Shown: in pieces, positions 1-10,065 of the stretch
Numbering within the stretch: the first letter of the stretch is position 1
How the letters are laid out: each line of letters starts with the position of its first letter
Source: Candidatus Latescibacterota bacterium
GTDB taxonomy: Bacteria; Latescibacterota; UBA2968; GCA-2709665
Direction: 5' to 3'
DNA: 64,000 bases
Assembly: GCA_965219995.1 (NCBI GenBank)
Contig: CBDCOX010000002.1
Coordinates: forward strand, 2,560,001 to 2,624,000
Notes under the pieces: model-generated
Told to the model about the DNA's origin: nothing
Database searches by the model: none
Seen by the model: only the letters and a program-made list of their open reading frames with translations
Made by a program: the position numbers and the translations under genes

Positions 1-2
1 TG

Positions 3-2810
3 TACAGGTGGATTATCGACTTCGACCGCCCGTATAAAGTGACGTGTCCCGTGGGTGGAGAAACCTATCCCTCGAACGACTTCGAGGCGTTTCTGGCCAC
101 GGACATGAAAGACAGGTCGCTGCTGACCGGTCCGTACGCCGACGACGGATGGGGGTGGCATCGCCCCGGAGACCCGGTACCGGCGAACTACTGGTTCGTG
201 GCCTATTACGCGCACTGGAGCATGATGCGCTTCCTTATGGATGCGATTGAAGTCCTGGGCCAGGCGACCGTACTTGCGGACGATGGCGACGGTGCGAAGC
301 GGTACGCGCACAAATGTGCGCTGCTGTTGTGGCAGCTTGCGGAATACTATCCGGACTACAAGTACGAAATCCAGTCCAGGGAGTCGAAGGAGCACAATCC
401 CGAGTACACGGGAAAGTTGTTCAACAGGATCTGGGCAACACGACCTCCGCACACCTGCGCGATCGCGTACGACGCGGTGCGCCCCTATCTGGACGGCGAC
501 GTCGAGTTCCACCGTTTGGCAGACAGAACAGGCGCCCAGATTGACGCGACAATGCGCGAGGGTCTGCTCCTGGAAGCGGCCAGGTGCATTATGGACGCGC
601 CCGGCGGGCGTATCAGGGGCAACTACGGAATGCATCAGAAGGCGCTGTTGACGCTTGCCCAGGTTCTTGCGACCCCCAGCGGTCGTCCGCGCAGCGAGGA
701 AATGGTGGAGTACGTTCTGGCGAACCCGAGTCCCTACACGGATACGGATATGGGATTGCGGGACGCGCTTGAGAACCTGGTGTACCGCGACGGAATGCCG
801 CATGAGTCGCTCTCATACAATCGAATCTGGGTGCACGACTTGACGGAACTGGCTGCCCTGATGGTGGATTCGGGTGTGAACCTGTTCGAGCATCCGCGGT
901 ACAGGAAACTGGTGACCTGGACGTTCGACGTTTGCATCGCGGGGAAGTTCACCCCGTCCACCGGAGATTCCGGGGACATGTTCGCACACGGCGGCGCCTG
1001 GGAGCCGGCCGTCTGTCAGCTCGCGCTTCCGTACGTGAACGACGCCCGCCTGGCGTGGGTCCTTAAGACGCAGCCGGGGGTCCGGCAGGACCTGTTCAGC
1101 AAACCGGTAGAGGCGCAGCATTCGGTAATTCAGGAAGGCGAAGCACCGGAGATCGGTCTGCGGTCGTTCCATTTTCCGGCGTACGGCATGGCCAATCTGC
1201 AATGCGGCGATGAACAGAACCGGTCGGCGGTCTCGCTCTTTTACGGAGACCACCAGGCCCACCGACATTTCGACCAGCTGAACATCCTGCTGTTCTCCCA
1301 CGACAACGCGCTGCTGACCGATATCGGGTACCCGGAACAGACCGACGCCTTCAATCACCGGCTCGCCGGTTTTTTCACCAATACCGTGGCGCACAATACG
1401 GTCGTGGTCGATGAGACGAGGCAGGGACGAGGTCCCGGGCGCCTGCACGGTCTGATTGCGGAGGGTTTCGCGCAGGTCGTGGACGCGTCCTGCGAGGGGA
1501 CCTATGACGGAAGGGTTGACGTCTACCGCCGTGCAAACATGCTGGTTGACGCGGCGCCCGGGCAGCACTATCTGTTCGACGTGTTCCATATCAACGGGGG
1601 CCGGCAGCACGACTACGTGCTTCACGGCAACCAGGCCGATTTCGACTGCCTGCCGGCGCTTGGGCCGGTCAGGAAACGTGGCACGCTGGCGGGTGAGGAC
1701 GTGCCCTACGAACAGTTCTACGACGATCCCGAGTTGAAGGACAAGCGGTTGTCCAGCGTGCCGTACAGGGGTTACCGCGGCAGCGGCTACCAGTTTCTGT
1801 ACAACGTGCGGGAAGGAAGATTGAACGGGGAGGCAGCCGCCGAGTGGCGCCTGACGGAACCCCTCGAAGGCCAGCCGGAACGCCCGTGGCGGGGGATTGG
1901 ACTTCGAGCCCATCTCATGGGAAGAGACGAGACGTTGTTCGCATGCGACGGACCGGTACAGAAATACAAGTACCTTCCCGAAAGCGTCAAGTTTCTTGTG
2001 CGCAGGCGAACCGGCGCCGATCTCTCCAGCATGTTCGCCACGGTGTTCGAACCTTATAAGGGCAGGTCATGGATCCGGCGCGCGACACGGTTGCAGCTGA
2101 CCCCGGAGGGCTTCGGGGCGGCCGCGGTCCGCGTGGACCTGGAAGACGGGAGCATTCATTATCTGTTTCACGCCCTCGACGCAGACCGGGAATATTCGAC
2201 GGAGGACGGGATCAGCGTTTCGGGGCAGGCAGCGTTTCTCGCGCTCGATGATAAGAAACGCCCCGTCCGGGCGATGCTGTTCAACGGCAGGACGCTGTCA
2301 ACGGGCGGATTCAGACTGGACGGAACGGGGATGCGCCGGAGCAGAATCGCCTCCGTCGATTACACGCGGGGCACAATCGAACTCGATGAACCCGTGATCG
2401 GCGACGACCTCGTTGCGGGGCAGGCCGTACCGGTCGTCTCGGACGGGTACTCCGACAGCGTAACGCTGTCGAAAGCGATGGATCGACGGCGGATTTCCAT
2501 CGGCGACGAAGACGTGCGGGTCGCGGGCGGACCCGTGTCCGGCGTGCAGGCGGACCGCCTCTTCTCCAGCGCGTCCAATCCGCATGCGTACGCGGGGATG
2601 ACCCTGCTGAACAGCGCGGGGGAACCTCAGGGCAGGTTGGCCGCAAGAGTGGACGGCGGCTGGCGGATTGACCGCGAGGGCAGAGGTCCGATGACATTGG
2701 AACACTTCCCCGTGGCCGACGGCGATCCCGGACCGCGTTATTCGGTCGCGATGGTGGGCGCGGGCGATCGGCTGGAGATTCCGAACCTGGTCATTTTCCC
2801 GGATGGATGA
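3..2810 (+). CDS. Heparinase II/III-family (polysaccharide lyase-like) protein, 5'-partial
   Basis: Frame is open from position 3 (YRWIIDFDRPYKVTCP), so the start lies upstream of the window. Motifs HRHFDQLNI and AHNTVVVD are typical of the heparinase II/III C-terminal domain. Confidence 0.7.
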   Translation, partial: YRWIIDFDRPYKVTCPVGGETYPSNDFEAFLATDMKDRSLLTGPYADDGWGWHRPGDPVPANYWFVAYYAHWSMMRFLMDAIEVLGQATVLADDGDGAKRYAHKCALLLWQLAEYYPDYKYEIQSRESKEHNPEYTGKLFNRIWATRPPHTCAIAYDAVRPYLDGDVEFHRLADRTGAQIDATMREGLLLEAARCIMDAPGGRIRGNYGMHQKALLTLAQVLATPSGRPRSEEMVEYVLANPSPYTDTDMGLRDALENLVYRDGMPHESLSYNRIWVHDLTELAALMVDSGVNLFEHPRYRKLVTWTFDVCIAGKFTPSTGDSGDMFAHGGAWEPAVCQLALPYVNDARLAWVLKTQPGVRQDLFSKPVEAQHSVIQEGEAPEIGLRSFHFPAYGMANLQCGDEQNRSAVSLFYGDHQAHRHFDQLNILLFSHDNALLTDIGYPEQTDAFNHRLAGFFTNTVAHNTVVVDETRQGRGPGRLHGLIAEGFAQVVDASCEGTYDGRVDVYRRANMLVDAAPGQHYLFDVFHINGGRQHDYVLHGNQADFDCLPALGPVRKRGTLAGEDVPYEQFYDDPELKDKRLSSVPYRGYRGSGYQFLYNVREGRLNGEAAAEWRLTEPLEGQPERPWRGIGLRAHLMGRDETLFACDGPVQKYKYLPESVKFLVRRRTGADLSSMFATVFEPYKGRSWIRRATRLQLTPEGFGAAAVRVDLEDGSIHYLFHALDADREYSTEDGISVSGQAAFLALDDKKRPVRAMLFNGRTLSTGGFRLDGTGMRRSRIASVDYTRGTIELDEPVIGDDLVAGQAVPVVSDGYSDSVTLSKAMDRRRISIGDEDVRVAGGPVSGVQADRLFSSASNPHAYAGMTLLNSAGEPQGRLAARVDGGWRIDREGRGPMTLEHFPVADGDPGPRYSVAMVGAGDRLEIPNLVIFPDG

Positions 2811-3807
2811 AAAACAGAAAACGATCGTCGCGCTCCAGGAGGTCCGCAAGAGAGGTGTCGCCTGGCTTCTTCGACATCTGAACGCGGATGGCTCTCTCGG
2901 CGATCCGGCGGAAGGATTCCATTTCTACCGGGCGCCGTGGACGTTTACCATCGTCGGCGAAACCGGAGCGGCGGCGGGAATCTGCAACTGGATCCGGCGG
3001 GAGATGTTGACCGGTGAAGGCAGGATCGAAGGACCGTATCGCGTCTTCGACGACGCGTACGCGTACCGGAATGCCACACTGATCGCCGGCGCGCATCTCG
3101 CGCGCCAGTATGATCTGAGCCATGGTCTGATGCCGGATCTGCTGTCCTGGCATGATCCTGTGTCGGGAGGTTTTCACAACGACCGGACGGCCGACGGCGG
3201 CATGAGCGACTGCATGGACGTTCCATACGCGTGCGGCCCCGGGCTGGCCTGCCAGACGACCGGCCGCCTGGACGTCGCGCGTTCGGTCTATCGATTCTTG
3301 CGCCGGATTTACTCGGCGCAGACGGAAATGCCTGACCGGTTCTATTACGCCTGGTCGTGCGAGGCTGGCGGCACAATCAAGGAATTCCCTGAGAACGAGG
3401 CCTTCTGGCACGTGGTGGAAAACCGCGTTGACCGGCCGCAACGCTGGACCGTCGGGGGCATCGCAGCCGGGTTTCTGTGCAGGTTGTACCTGGCCGACCC
3501 ACGTGCCGAATACCTGGCGCTCGCCCGGAAGTACCAGACTTTTTCGATGGCGGCAACGGATGCGCAGTTCAAGTACGCGCAGGCCTGCAAGAGCAGCTGG
3601 GGAAGTTCGCTCCTGTATCAACTCACTGGCGAACGGGCATACCTGGACTGGTCAATTCGCATGGCCGATTGGTACATGCAGACCCAGCGGAGCGATGGGT
3701 GCTGGCGCTGGGAGGGTTACCTGACATTGGGGTCGCGAATCGAACTGACGCTGGAGTTTGTGATGCACGTGGACACGCTGATCGGCGGACTGGCGTCCGG
3801 GAAGTGA
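2803..3807 (+). CDS. Hypothetical alpha/alpha-barrel protein (QW-like repeats)
   Basis: 334 aa, overlaps the upstream stop. GVAWLLRHLNADGS and DWYMQTQRSDGCW resemble prenyltransferase/cyclase-type repeats. Confidence 0.55.
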   Translation: MDEKQKTIVALQEVRKRGVAWLLRHLNADGSLGDPAEGFHFYRAPWTFTIVGETGAAAGICNWIRREMLTGEGRIEGPYRVFDDAYAYRNATLIAGAHLARQYDLSHGLMPDLLSWHDPVSGGFHNDRTADGGMSDCMDVPYACGPGLACQTTGRLDVARSVYRFLRRIYSAQTEMPDRFYYAWSCEAGGTIKEFPENEAFWHVVENRVDRPQRWTVGGIAAGFLCRLYLADPRAEYLALARKYQTFSMAATDAQFKYAQACKSSWGSSLLYQLTGERAYLDWSIRMADWYMQTQRSDGCWRWEGYLTLGSRIELTLEFVMHVDTLIGGLASGK

Positions 3808-3819
3808 GGAGGATGCTTC

Positions 3820-4833
3820 GTGCGGGTTCTCGTAACCGGGGCGACCGGTCGAATCGGGCGGCACCTCGTGCGCGGCCTGATGGCCACGGGGCACGAGGTT
3901 CGGGCGCTGGTGATGCCGAACGACCGCCGGGCGGCGTGTCTGCCACCCCGCGTCGAGATCGCATGCGGGCGCGTCGAGGAGCTTGACTCGCTTCGCCCGG
4001 CCGTCGATGGCGTGGACGCCGTGTTCCACCTGGCCGGCGCGCTGACGTCGCGAGGCTGCACCGACGAGGCCTTCATCCGGGTGAATATCCAGGGCACGTT
4101 CCATCTTCTGAAGGCCGTTCGCGAACGGGCGCCGGCTCTCGCGCACTTTGTCTACGCCAGCAGCGATGCCGTCTATTTTGAAAGGCCGGACGCGGATGCC
4201 CGGTACCTGCCCGTGGACGAAGACCATCCCCGGCTGTCCGGATCGGTCTACGGCGCCAGCAAGATCGGCGCGGAGGAACTCTGTCTGAGCTTCAGCCGCG
4301 GCATGGGGATCCCGGTGACGATCCTGCGTTTTGGCGCGACGGCGGACGCCGAGGAGCTCGTAGATCCGAGGAGCGTATTCGCACGCTGGCTGTTTCTGAA
4401 CGCGGCGATTGACCACGCCAGGGCATCGGTTGCGGCAACCGGTGAGCGGTCCGAGACGCTGGCGGCGTTGGCAGCGCTGCACTCCGGACCGGAACAGCTG
4501 GTCGTTTTGGCCGATCGCCGCGGCAATGCCGAAGTCCGCCAGTGGGCGGATGCACGTGATATCGCCGCGGGATGTATCCGCGTACTGGGGAGCGCGGAGG
4601 CGGTGGGAGAAGTATTCAATATGGGAGGACGCGAACCGCACTGCGCGGAGGCGTTCGTCAACTTTCTTTCTGCGCGACTGGATTTGACGTCTGTAAAAGC
4701 CTGCATTCCCACCGCACGACGGCCCTGGTATATCACCAGCCGCAAGGCGGAACGACTGCTGGGCTATCAAGCCCGGTACACGGTGTACGATATGGTGGAG
4801 GACGCAGTTCGGAAGCGGGAGACGCCGGTTTGA
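3820..4833 (+). CDS. NAD-dependent epimerase/dehydratase (extended SDR)
   Basis: VLVTGATGRIG Rossmann motif, VFHLAG, YGASK catalytic YxxxK; RBS GAGGAGG upstream. Confidence 0.9.
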   Translation: MRVLVTGATGRIGRHLVRGLMATGHEVRALVMPNDRRAACLPPRVEIACGRVEELDSLRPAVDGVDAVFHLAGALTSRGCTDEAFIRVNIQGTFHLLKAVRERAPALAHFVYASSDAVYFERPDADARYLPVDEDHPRLSGSVYGASKIGAEELCLSFSRGMGIPVTILRFGATADAEELVDPRSVFARWLFLNAAIDHARASVAATGERSETLAALAALHSGPEQLVVLADRRGNAEVRQWADARDIAAGCIRVLGSAEAVGEVFNMGGREPHCAEAFVNFLSARLDLTSVKACIPTARRPWYITSRKAERLLGYQARYTVYDMVEDAVRKRETPV

Positions 4834-5597
4834 ACCTTGCATGCTGTGTATGGGCTATCGAGGGCCCGGAAAACGAGATTGCGGCGCGGGCGGCCGGGCT
4901 GGGGTTCGAGTGGATCGACGTAAGGCCGTTCGCTTTTTCTTCTCGCGGAGCACGGCGCAAAATCCGGGAGCACGGGCTTTCGGTTTCCTGTATCGCGGCA
5001 TCGTTCGGCATGCCGGATGGCGCCCGGCTGAGCAGCCCCGACCGGGACTCCCGGTCAGCAGCCGCATCCCATCTCGATAGGACGCTGGACTTTGGCGCAT
5101 CGCTGGGCGCATCAGCGGCGTACGTCGTTCCGGATGAAGACCCGTCGTCTCTGGACAGATACGCGTCGGCATTGAAGAGGCTGGCCGAACGGGGAGACGG
5201 ACTGGGCGTGCGGGTGTGCGTGGAACATTTCCCCGGTACCGCGCTGCCTACGGCCTCCGGGACGATCGGGTACCTGAGGGAAATCGGGCATCCCAACCTG
5301 TTTCTGCTTCTGGATATCGGCCACGCGCAGATGTCCGGCGAAGACCCCGCCGCGGCAATTTCGGACGCGGGCCCGCTGCTGGGATACGTGCATCTGGACG
5401 ACAACGACGGTTCGCGCGACCTGCATCTTGGCCTGACGGACGGCGTTCTGACCGAAGCAACGCTGGCCGATACCATTTCCGCGCTTACCGATATCGGTTA
5501 CCGAGGGAATCTGAGTCTGGAGTTACATCCGGAATTGCCCGATCCGCTCGATGCGCACAAGCGAAGCCGGGAGATCGTTCTGAACGCGATGGGGTGA
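4830..5597 (+). CDS. Sugar phosphate isomerase/epimerase (xylose isomerase-like TIM barrel)
   Basis: TTG start overlapping the previous TGA; metal ligands in VEH, LDIGH, VHLDDN, SLE. Confidence 0.8.
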   Translation: MNLACCVWAIEGPENEIAARAAGLGFEWIDVRPFAFSSRGARRKIREHGLSVSCIAASFGMPDGARLSSPDRDSRSAAASHLDRTLDFGASLGASAAYVVPDEDPSSLDRYASALKRLAERGDGLGVRVCVEHFPGTALPTASGTIGYLREIGHPNLFLLLDIGHAQMSGEDPAAAISDAGPLLGYVHLDDNDGSRDLHLGLTDGVLTEATLADTISALTDIGYRGNLSLELHPELPDPLDAHKRSREIVLNAMG

Positions 5598-5702
5598 AAA
5601 GCGGACATCCTGCGGAATCGGCGGCGCAACGGCAACAGCACATCATCCATACGTGCATATGAACCGCGGCATTGTGCCACCAAAAGAAACGGAGAGACCG
5701 AT

Positions 5703-5969
5703 TCAGACCCTGTGTTTGGGAGGGCGAGCCGGAACGCCTGCCAGCATGCCCTGAGCGCTTAAATCTTCATCTATGTCGGGCCAGCGGACTCCGATCCCAT
5801 CGCCGATTATTTCGTAGTTGGCGCGTTCCTCCGGTGTGGCTTCCGACAGCCGCCACGACCAGACAAGAGGAACACTGATTGTGCGACCGTCAACAAAGTC
5901 AGCCGTGATGGAGTCATCAGTAACCTCGATAAGCTGAATTCTCGGTTCCGGATTACCCGCAATGTTCAT
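5703..5969 (-). CDS. DUF2442 protein (putative antitoxin)
   Basis: DGRTISVPLVWSWRLSEATPEERANYEIIGDGIGVRWPDIDEDLS is a typical DUF2442 signature. Confidence 0.85.
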   Translation of the reverse strand: MNIAGNPEPRIQLIEVTDDSITADFVDGRTISVPLVWSWRLSEATPEERANYEIIGDGIGVRWPDIDEDLSAQGMLAGVPARPPKHRV

Positions 5970-6189
5970 CCCAGTTCTCCAGGATCAGAATTAGGTTCGC
6001 GCGGATTGCTCGACGAATTCGGTTGAGTTCATGGGGTGAAAAACCCTGATTCTTGCAAAGACTGATCGGTTCGAGCCAGAATTTGCAGATTCGTTTTTCC
6101 CGCTGAACGTGTACATGTTTCGGTTCGTTGCAGTCAAAGCTGAAGAAGAAGAATCGATAGGGACCGGTTATGTCTCTGATAGTTGGCCT
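5953..6189 (-). CDS. DUF4160 protein (putative toxin); expected start codon reads AGG, possible pseudogene
   Basis: PTI...GPYRFFFFSFDCNEPKHVHV...KFWLEP...ENWDEH signature; overlaps the DUF2442 start. The codon before PTI (6189-6187) is AGG. Confidence 0.75.
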   Translation of the reverse strand, partial: RPTIRDITGPYRFFFFSFDCNEPKHVHVQREKRICKFWLEPISLCKNQGFSPHELNRIRRAIRANLILILENWDEHCG

Positions 6190-6294
6190 TCTTCTAGATA
6201 TCGACCCAACAGTCCAAAGATTAGCGAAAATCCGCCACAATGGCAACGGTTCAGCGTTGAGTCGGATTTCCATGACCTGAGACAACCGGTTAGA

Positions 6295-6318
6295 ATTCAC
6301 GTCTGTAACCACGTGAAT
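6295..6318. promoter_or_regulatory. Perfect 8-bp inverted repeat, possible operator between the divergent DUF4160 and DUF362 genes
   Basis: ATTCACGT-ctgtaacc-ACGTGAAT in AT-rich intergenic DNA. Confidence 0.35.
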
Positions 6319-6498
6319 ATATGCTGAATTATTATTGAAATCAATAGCGTTCAGGGTGCCCGATATGGGCTTGTAAACGGGTGTTAGCCGATATGCAATA
6401 GGCTCCGTCGAGGGGAATTAAGTCAAGTCCAACGAAAAATCCAGTGTCTCCCCGTACATGGCATACGGGTCCATTCAGACAAGAGGAAAGAGGCCGGA

Positions 6499-7605
6499 AT
6501 GCGAATAGACAGCGAAAAAGTCTACCTGTTTCGAGCACAGATTGAGGGGAACGAGGCGCCGTTCGAGGCATACAGGGACCTTGCCCAGGCGGCATTGCGG
6601 CGCGTGGACCTTGCGCTGCAGGAAGAGGGAACAATACTGCTCAAGCCGAATGCAACTGTCCTGTTTCCCGCGGAGAAACGAATTGTAACCCACCCGGGAT
6701 TCCTGGCGGGCATGGCCGACGCGCTCGTGGAGAAAGGCGTCAACGCCCGCCGGCTGATGGTCGCCGACGGACAATCCGGCGAACAACCGGAAAACGGGCA
6801 TACCTGGAAGGGGGCGGGTTACTCGAAGATGGCGGTCGAAAGAAACCTGGCGTTGACCGAATTGAACGACCGGCCGAGCAGAACGGTCCCTGTGCCCGGC
6901 GGCGAGGTGTTCGAAGCCTATCCGATCTATCGGGACGTGACGGACTGCGCGTTCTTTTTCAACGTGCCGCTGGCAAAGTGCCACAACCTGGGATGTACGA
7001 CTCTCGCCATCAAAAATCTGATGGGAATCCTGGCGCGGCCGGAGCGCCATCTGTGCCATATTCAGGAAGTCGACCGGCCGTATGAAAACGAGATATGGAG
7101 ACTGACCGATAGCGGATTGAGTCTCTTCGAAGACCGGTTCTACCACAAACTGTGCGACCTGGTGGCCGCCCTGCGTTCCCTGGATATTCCCCGGCTTTGC
7201 ATGGTCGACGGATTGATCGGACGAGACGGCACCGCGTTCAACGAGGGAGACAACTATCCGCTCGGGTGGACGTTGATCGGCGAGAACGAGGTGCACGTCG
7301 ATGCCGTGGCGACCTATCTGATGGGACTGGATCCCGTAAAGACGCCCTATCTGAAATTCGCCGCCGCGCGGGGCCTGGGCTGCAACCGGGTGGAAGAGAT
7401 CGAAGTGGTGGACCTGGCCAGCGGCGAATCCATGGATATGCAGACGCTGGCGGATGTCCGATCGGGAAAGACACTGATGCCCATCGCACGTTACGAGAGC
7501 GGCTATTACGATCGCTATCGCGCCGACGGTTCCGTCGTTCCCTGGCGGATTGACGATGTGAACAGGCAACGGAACGCGGACGGATTGGAGCCTGTTGCGG
7601 TGTAG
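6499..7605 (+). CDS. DUF362 domain protein (putative Fe-S enzyme)
   Basis: ILLKPN, VTHP, NVPLAKCHN..TTLAIKNLMG, MVDGLIG, VHVDAVATYLMGLDP motifs. Confidence 0.85.
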   Translation: MRIDSEKVYLFRAQIEGNEAPFEAYRDLAQAALRRVDLALQEEGTILLKPNATVLFPAEKRIVTHPGFLAGMADALVEKGVNARRLMVADGQSGEQPENGHTWKGAGYSKMAVERNLALTELNDRPSRTVPVPGGEVFEAYPIYRDVTDCAFFFNVPLAKCHNLGCTTLAIKNLMGILARPERHLCHIQEVDRPYENEIWRLTDSGLSLFEDRFYHKLCDLVAALRSLDIPRLCMVDGLIGRDGTAFNEGDNYPLGWTLIGENEVHVDAVATYLMGLDPVKTPYLKFAAARGLGCNRVEEIEVVDLASGESMDMQTLADVRSGKTLMPIARYESGYYDRYRADGSVVPWRIDDVNRQRNADGLEPVAV

Positions 7606-7663
7606 TGTTCGATTCGGGGAGGGAGAATTCGCGGCCGAAGGGTCGGATTAACCAGAGAGCGGG

Positions 7664-10030
7664 ATGAGCCAGACTACCACAGCACCTGTATACCGGATGC
7701 CGCCGGAAGAAATCGCGGCGCTGCTGGACGCGCCGCGCGCACCGGACCTCAGCGTCGACCCCACCGGGCGATGGATCCTGATGCTCACGAAGCCGGGCCT
7801 GCCGCCCATATCCGAATTGGCACGTCCGGAATTGCGGCTGGCGGGACTGCGTATCGACCCCGAGGCCAACGGTCCGAGCCGTTCGGGGTATTATACGGGA
7901 ATGGCGCTGTTACGGATATCGGACGGCATGGAACGCCGCGTGAAGGGTCTGCCGAAAGACGTCCGCATCGGGCGCACGCGATGGGCGCCGGACGGAAGCC
8001 GTATTGCGTTTACGATGCGAGACAGTACGGGGATCCGGCTGTGGTGGGTCGGCGTGGACTCGAGTGAGGCGAGGCAGGTGTCCAATATCCGCTTGAACGG
8101 CGTTTTCGGCGTGCCCTTTGCCTGGATACCTTCGAAAACGGGGTGCTTCCGTTCTCTGGTCGTCCGGGCTGTTCCGGAGGACCGGGGTGAAGTTCCGGAG
8201 GCGCCGCCGTTTCCCGCGGGTCCCGAGATTCGGGAAAACACCGGGCAGTTGGCGCCGTCGCGCACCTGGCAGGATCTGTTGAAGGACGTACACGACGAAA
8301 CGCTCTTCGAATACTACGCGGCATCCAGGATTGTGATCCTGACCGAAGAAGGAAATGAACGGTTCATCGGACCACCGGGAGTCATTCGTCGGGCCGAGCC
8401 GGCGCCGGGCGGCGCCTACGTGCTGGTGGAGACCGTCCACCGGCCGTATTCGTACCTGGTGCCGCACGATCGATTCCCGGTTCGTGTTGAAGTATGGAAC
8501 CTGGACGGGCAAGTGATTCGCGAACTGGCCGATGCGCCCCTCGCGGAAAACGTGCCCATCGCGTTCGACGCCGTGCGCGAGGGTCCTCGCGCGTTCCGGT
8601 GGCGCAACGACGCCGACGCGACGGTGTGCTGGGTGGAGGCGCAGGATGGCGGCGACCCTTCCGTTGCGGCGGACGTGCGGGACCGCGTATACGCGCTTTC
8701 CGAGCCATTCGAGCGCGCACCTGCGACGTGCCAGTCTCTCGAGTTCCGGTACGCGGGGTTGACGTGGGGAGACGGCGAGACGGCGCTGGCGACCGAGCGC
8801 TGGTGGAAGACCCGCCGTACGAGGACCTGGCGGTTCGCCCCGGACGCGGATTCCGGCGTCCGTGAATTGCTTGTCGACCGTTCGTGGGAAGACCGTTACG
8901 CAGACCCCGGTACGCCGCTGTTGACGTCGAATAGCGCGGGGAGGAGGATATTGTTGACGAGCAACGGCGGCCGCCACCTCTTCCGGGCGGGCGGCGGGGC
9001 ATCGCCGGAGGGGGATTTCCCGTTCCTGGACCGGCTCGACCTGCAAACGAGCGCGACGGAGCGGCTGTGGCAATGCGAGCCCCCGTACTATGAGCAGCCC
9101 GTCAATCTGGTCGATGAAGCCGGAGGTCTGTTGCTGACGGTGCGCGAAGCGGCACAGAGCCCGCCGAACGTGTTTTTGCGGTCTCTGAAGACCGGCGCCG
9201 TTCGGCAGCTGACCGCGTTTCCCCACCCGGCGCCGCATCTGGCGGAGGTCAGAAAGGAGATCATCCGTTACCTGCGGGCGGACGGGACCGGCCTGAACGG
9301 CACCCTCTATCTGCCTCCGGGGTATTCCGATGAGCAGGGCCCGCTGCCTCTGCTGATCTGGGCATATCCCCGCGAGTTCAGGAGTGCCGATGCGGCCGCG
9401 CAGGTGAAAGGCTCTCCGTACAGATTCAACCACGTGGCCTGGACGTCGCCTCTGCCCTGGCTGACGCAGGGATACGCGGTTCTGGACGGACCCACCATGC
9501 CGATTGTGGGAGAAGACGGCGAGGAAGCCAACGACACCTACGTGACCCAGCTGGTATCCAGCGCGGAGGCGGCAGTCGAGGAAGTCGTCCGCCGGGGCGT
9601 TGCCGACCGCAACCGCATTGCGATCGGCGGGCATTCCTACGGCGGATTCATGGCGGCGAATCTTCTCGCACACAGCGATCTTTTCAAGGCGGGAATCGCC
9701 CGGAGCGGCGCATACAACCGTACGCTGACACCGTTCGGTTTTCAGTCGGAAGAGCGTACGTTGTGGCAGGCGCCGGACGTATATAACGCGATGTCCGCAT
9801 TTATGCATGCCGACAAAATCGAAGCGCCCCTGTTGTTGATCCACGGGCAGGCCGACAACAATTCCGGGACGTTCCCAATGCAAAGCGAGCGGCTCTACAA
9901 CGCGCTGAAGGGGCACGGCGCGACGACCCGCCTGGTGATGCTGCCCCACGAGAGCCACGGTTACAGCGCGCGAGAATCGGTGATGCATATGTTCTGGGAA
10001 ATGACGGAATGGCTCGCCCGTCACCTGTGA
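7664..10030 (+). CDS. S9-family (prolyl oligopeptidase clan) serine peptidase, glutamyl-endopeptidase-like
   Basis: GGHSYGG nucleophile, DNNSGT Asp, ESHGY His; beta-propeller N-terminus; no obvious signal peptide. Confidence 0.9.
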   Translation: MSQTTTAPVYRMPPEEIAALLDAPRAPDLSVDPTGRWILMLTKPGLPPISELARPELRLAGLRIDPEANGPSRSGYYTGMALLRISDGMERRVKGLPKDVRIGRTRWAPDGSRIAFTMRDSTGIRLWWVGVDSSEARQVSNIRLNGVFGVPFAWIPSKTGCFRSLVVRAVPEDRGEVPEAPPFPAGPEIRENTGQLAPSRTWQDLLKDVHDETLFEYYAASRIVILTEEGNERFIGPPGVIRRAEPAPGGAYVLVETVHRPYSYLVPHDRFPVRVEVWNLDGQVIRELADAPLAENVPIAFDAVREGPRAFRWRNDADATVCWVEAQDGGDPSVAADVRDRVYALSEPFERAPATCQSLEFRYAGLTWGDGETALATERWWKTRRTRTWRFAPDADSGVRELLVDRSWEDRYADPGTPLLTSNSAGRRILLTSNGGRHLFRAGGGASPEGDFPFLDRLDLQTSATERLWQCEPPYYEQPVNLVDEAGGLLLTVREAAQSPPNVFLRSLKTGAVRQLTAFPHPAPHLAEVRKEIIRYLRADGTGLNGTLYLPPGYSDEQGPLPLLIWAYPREFRSADAAAQVKGSPYRFNHVAWTSPLPWLTQGYAVLDGPTMPIVGEDGEEANDTYVTQLVSSAEAAVEEVVRRGVADRNRIAIGGHSYGGFMAANLLAHSDLFKAGIARSGAYNRTLTPFGFQSEERTLWQAPDVYNAMSAFMHADKIEAPLLLIHGQADNNSGTFPMQSERLYNALKGHGATTRLVMLPHESHGYSARESVMHMFWEMTEWLARHL

Positions 10031-10065
10031 GAGATCGCGGGAGAAACCGGAAAAGATCGGGGATT

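Noticed and set aside
7910-10024. Long antisense ORFs (also 15152-16861, 30191-31711, 35163-36590, 51271-52872)
   Set aside because: They are shadows of well-supported genes on the opposite strand, expected in GC-rich DNA, and carry no recognisable motifs.
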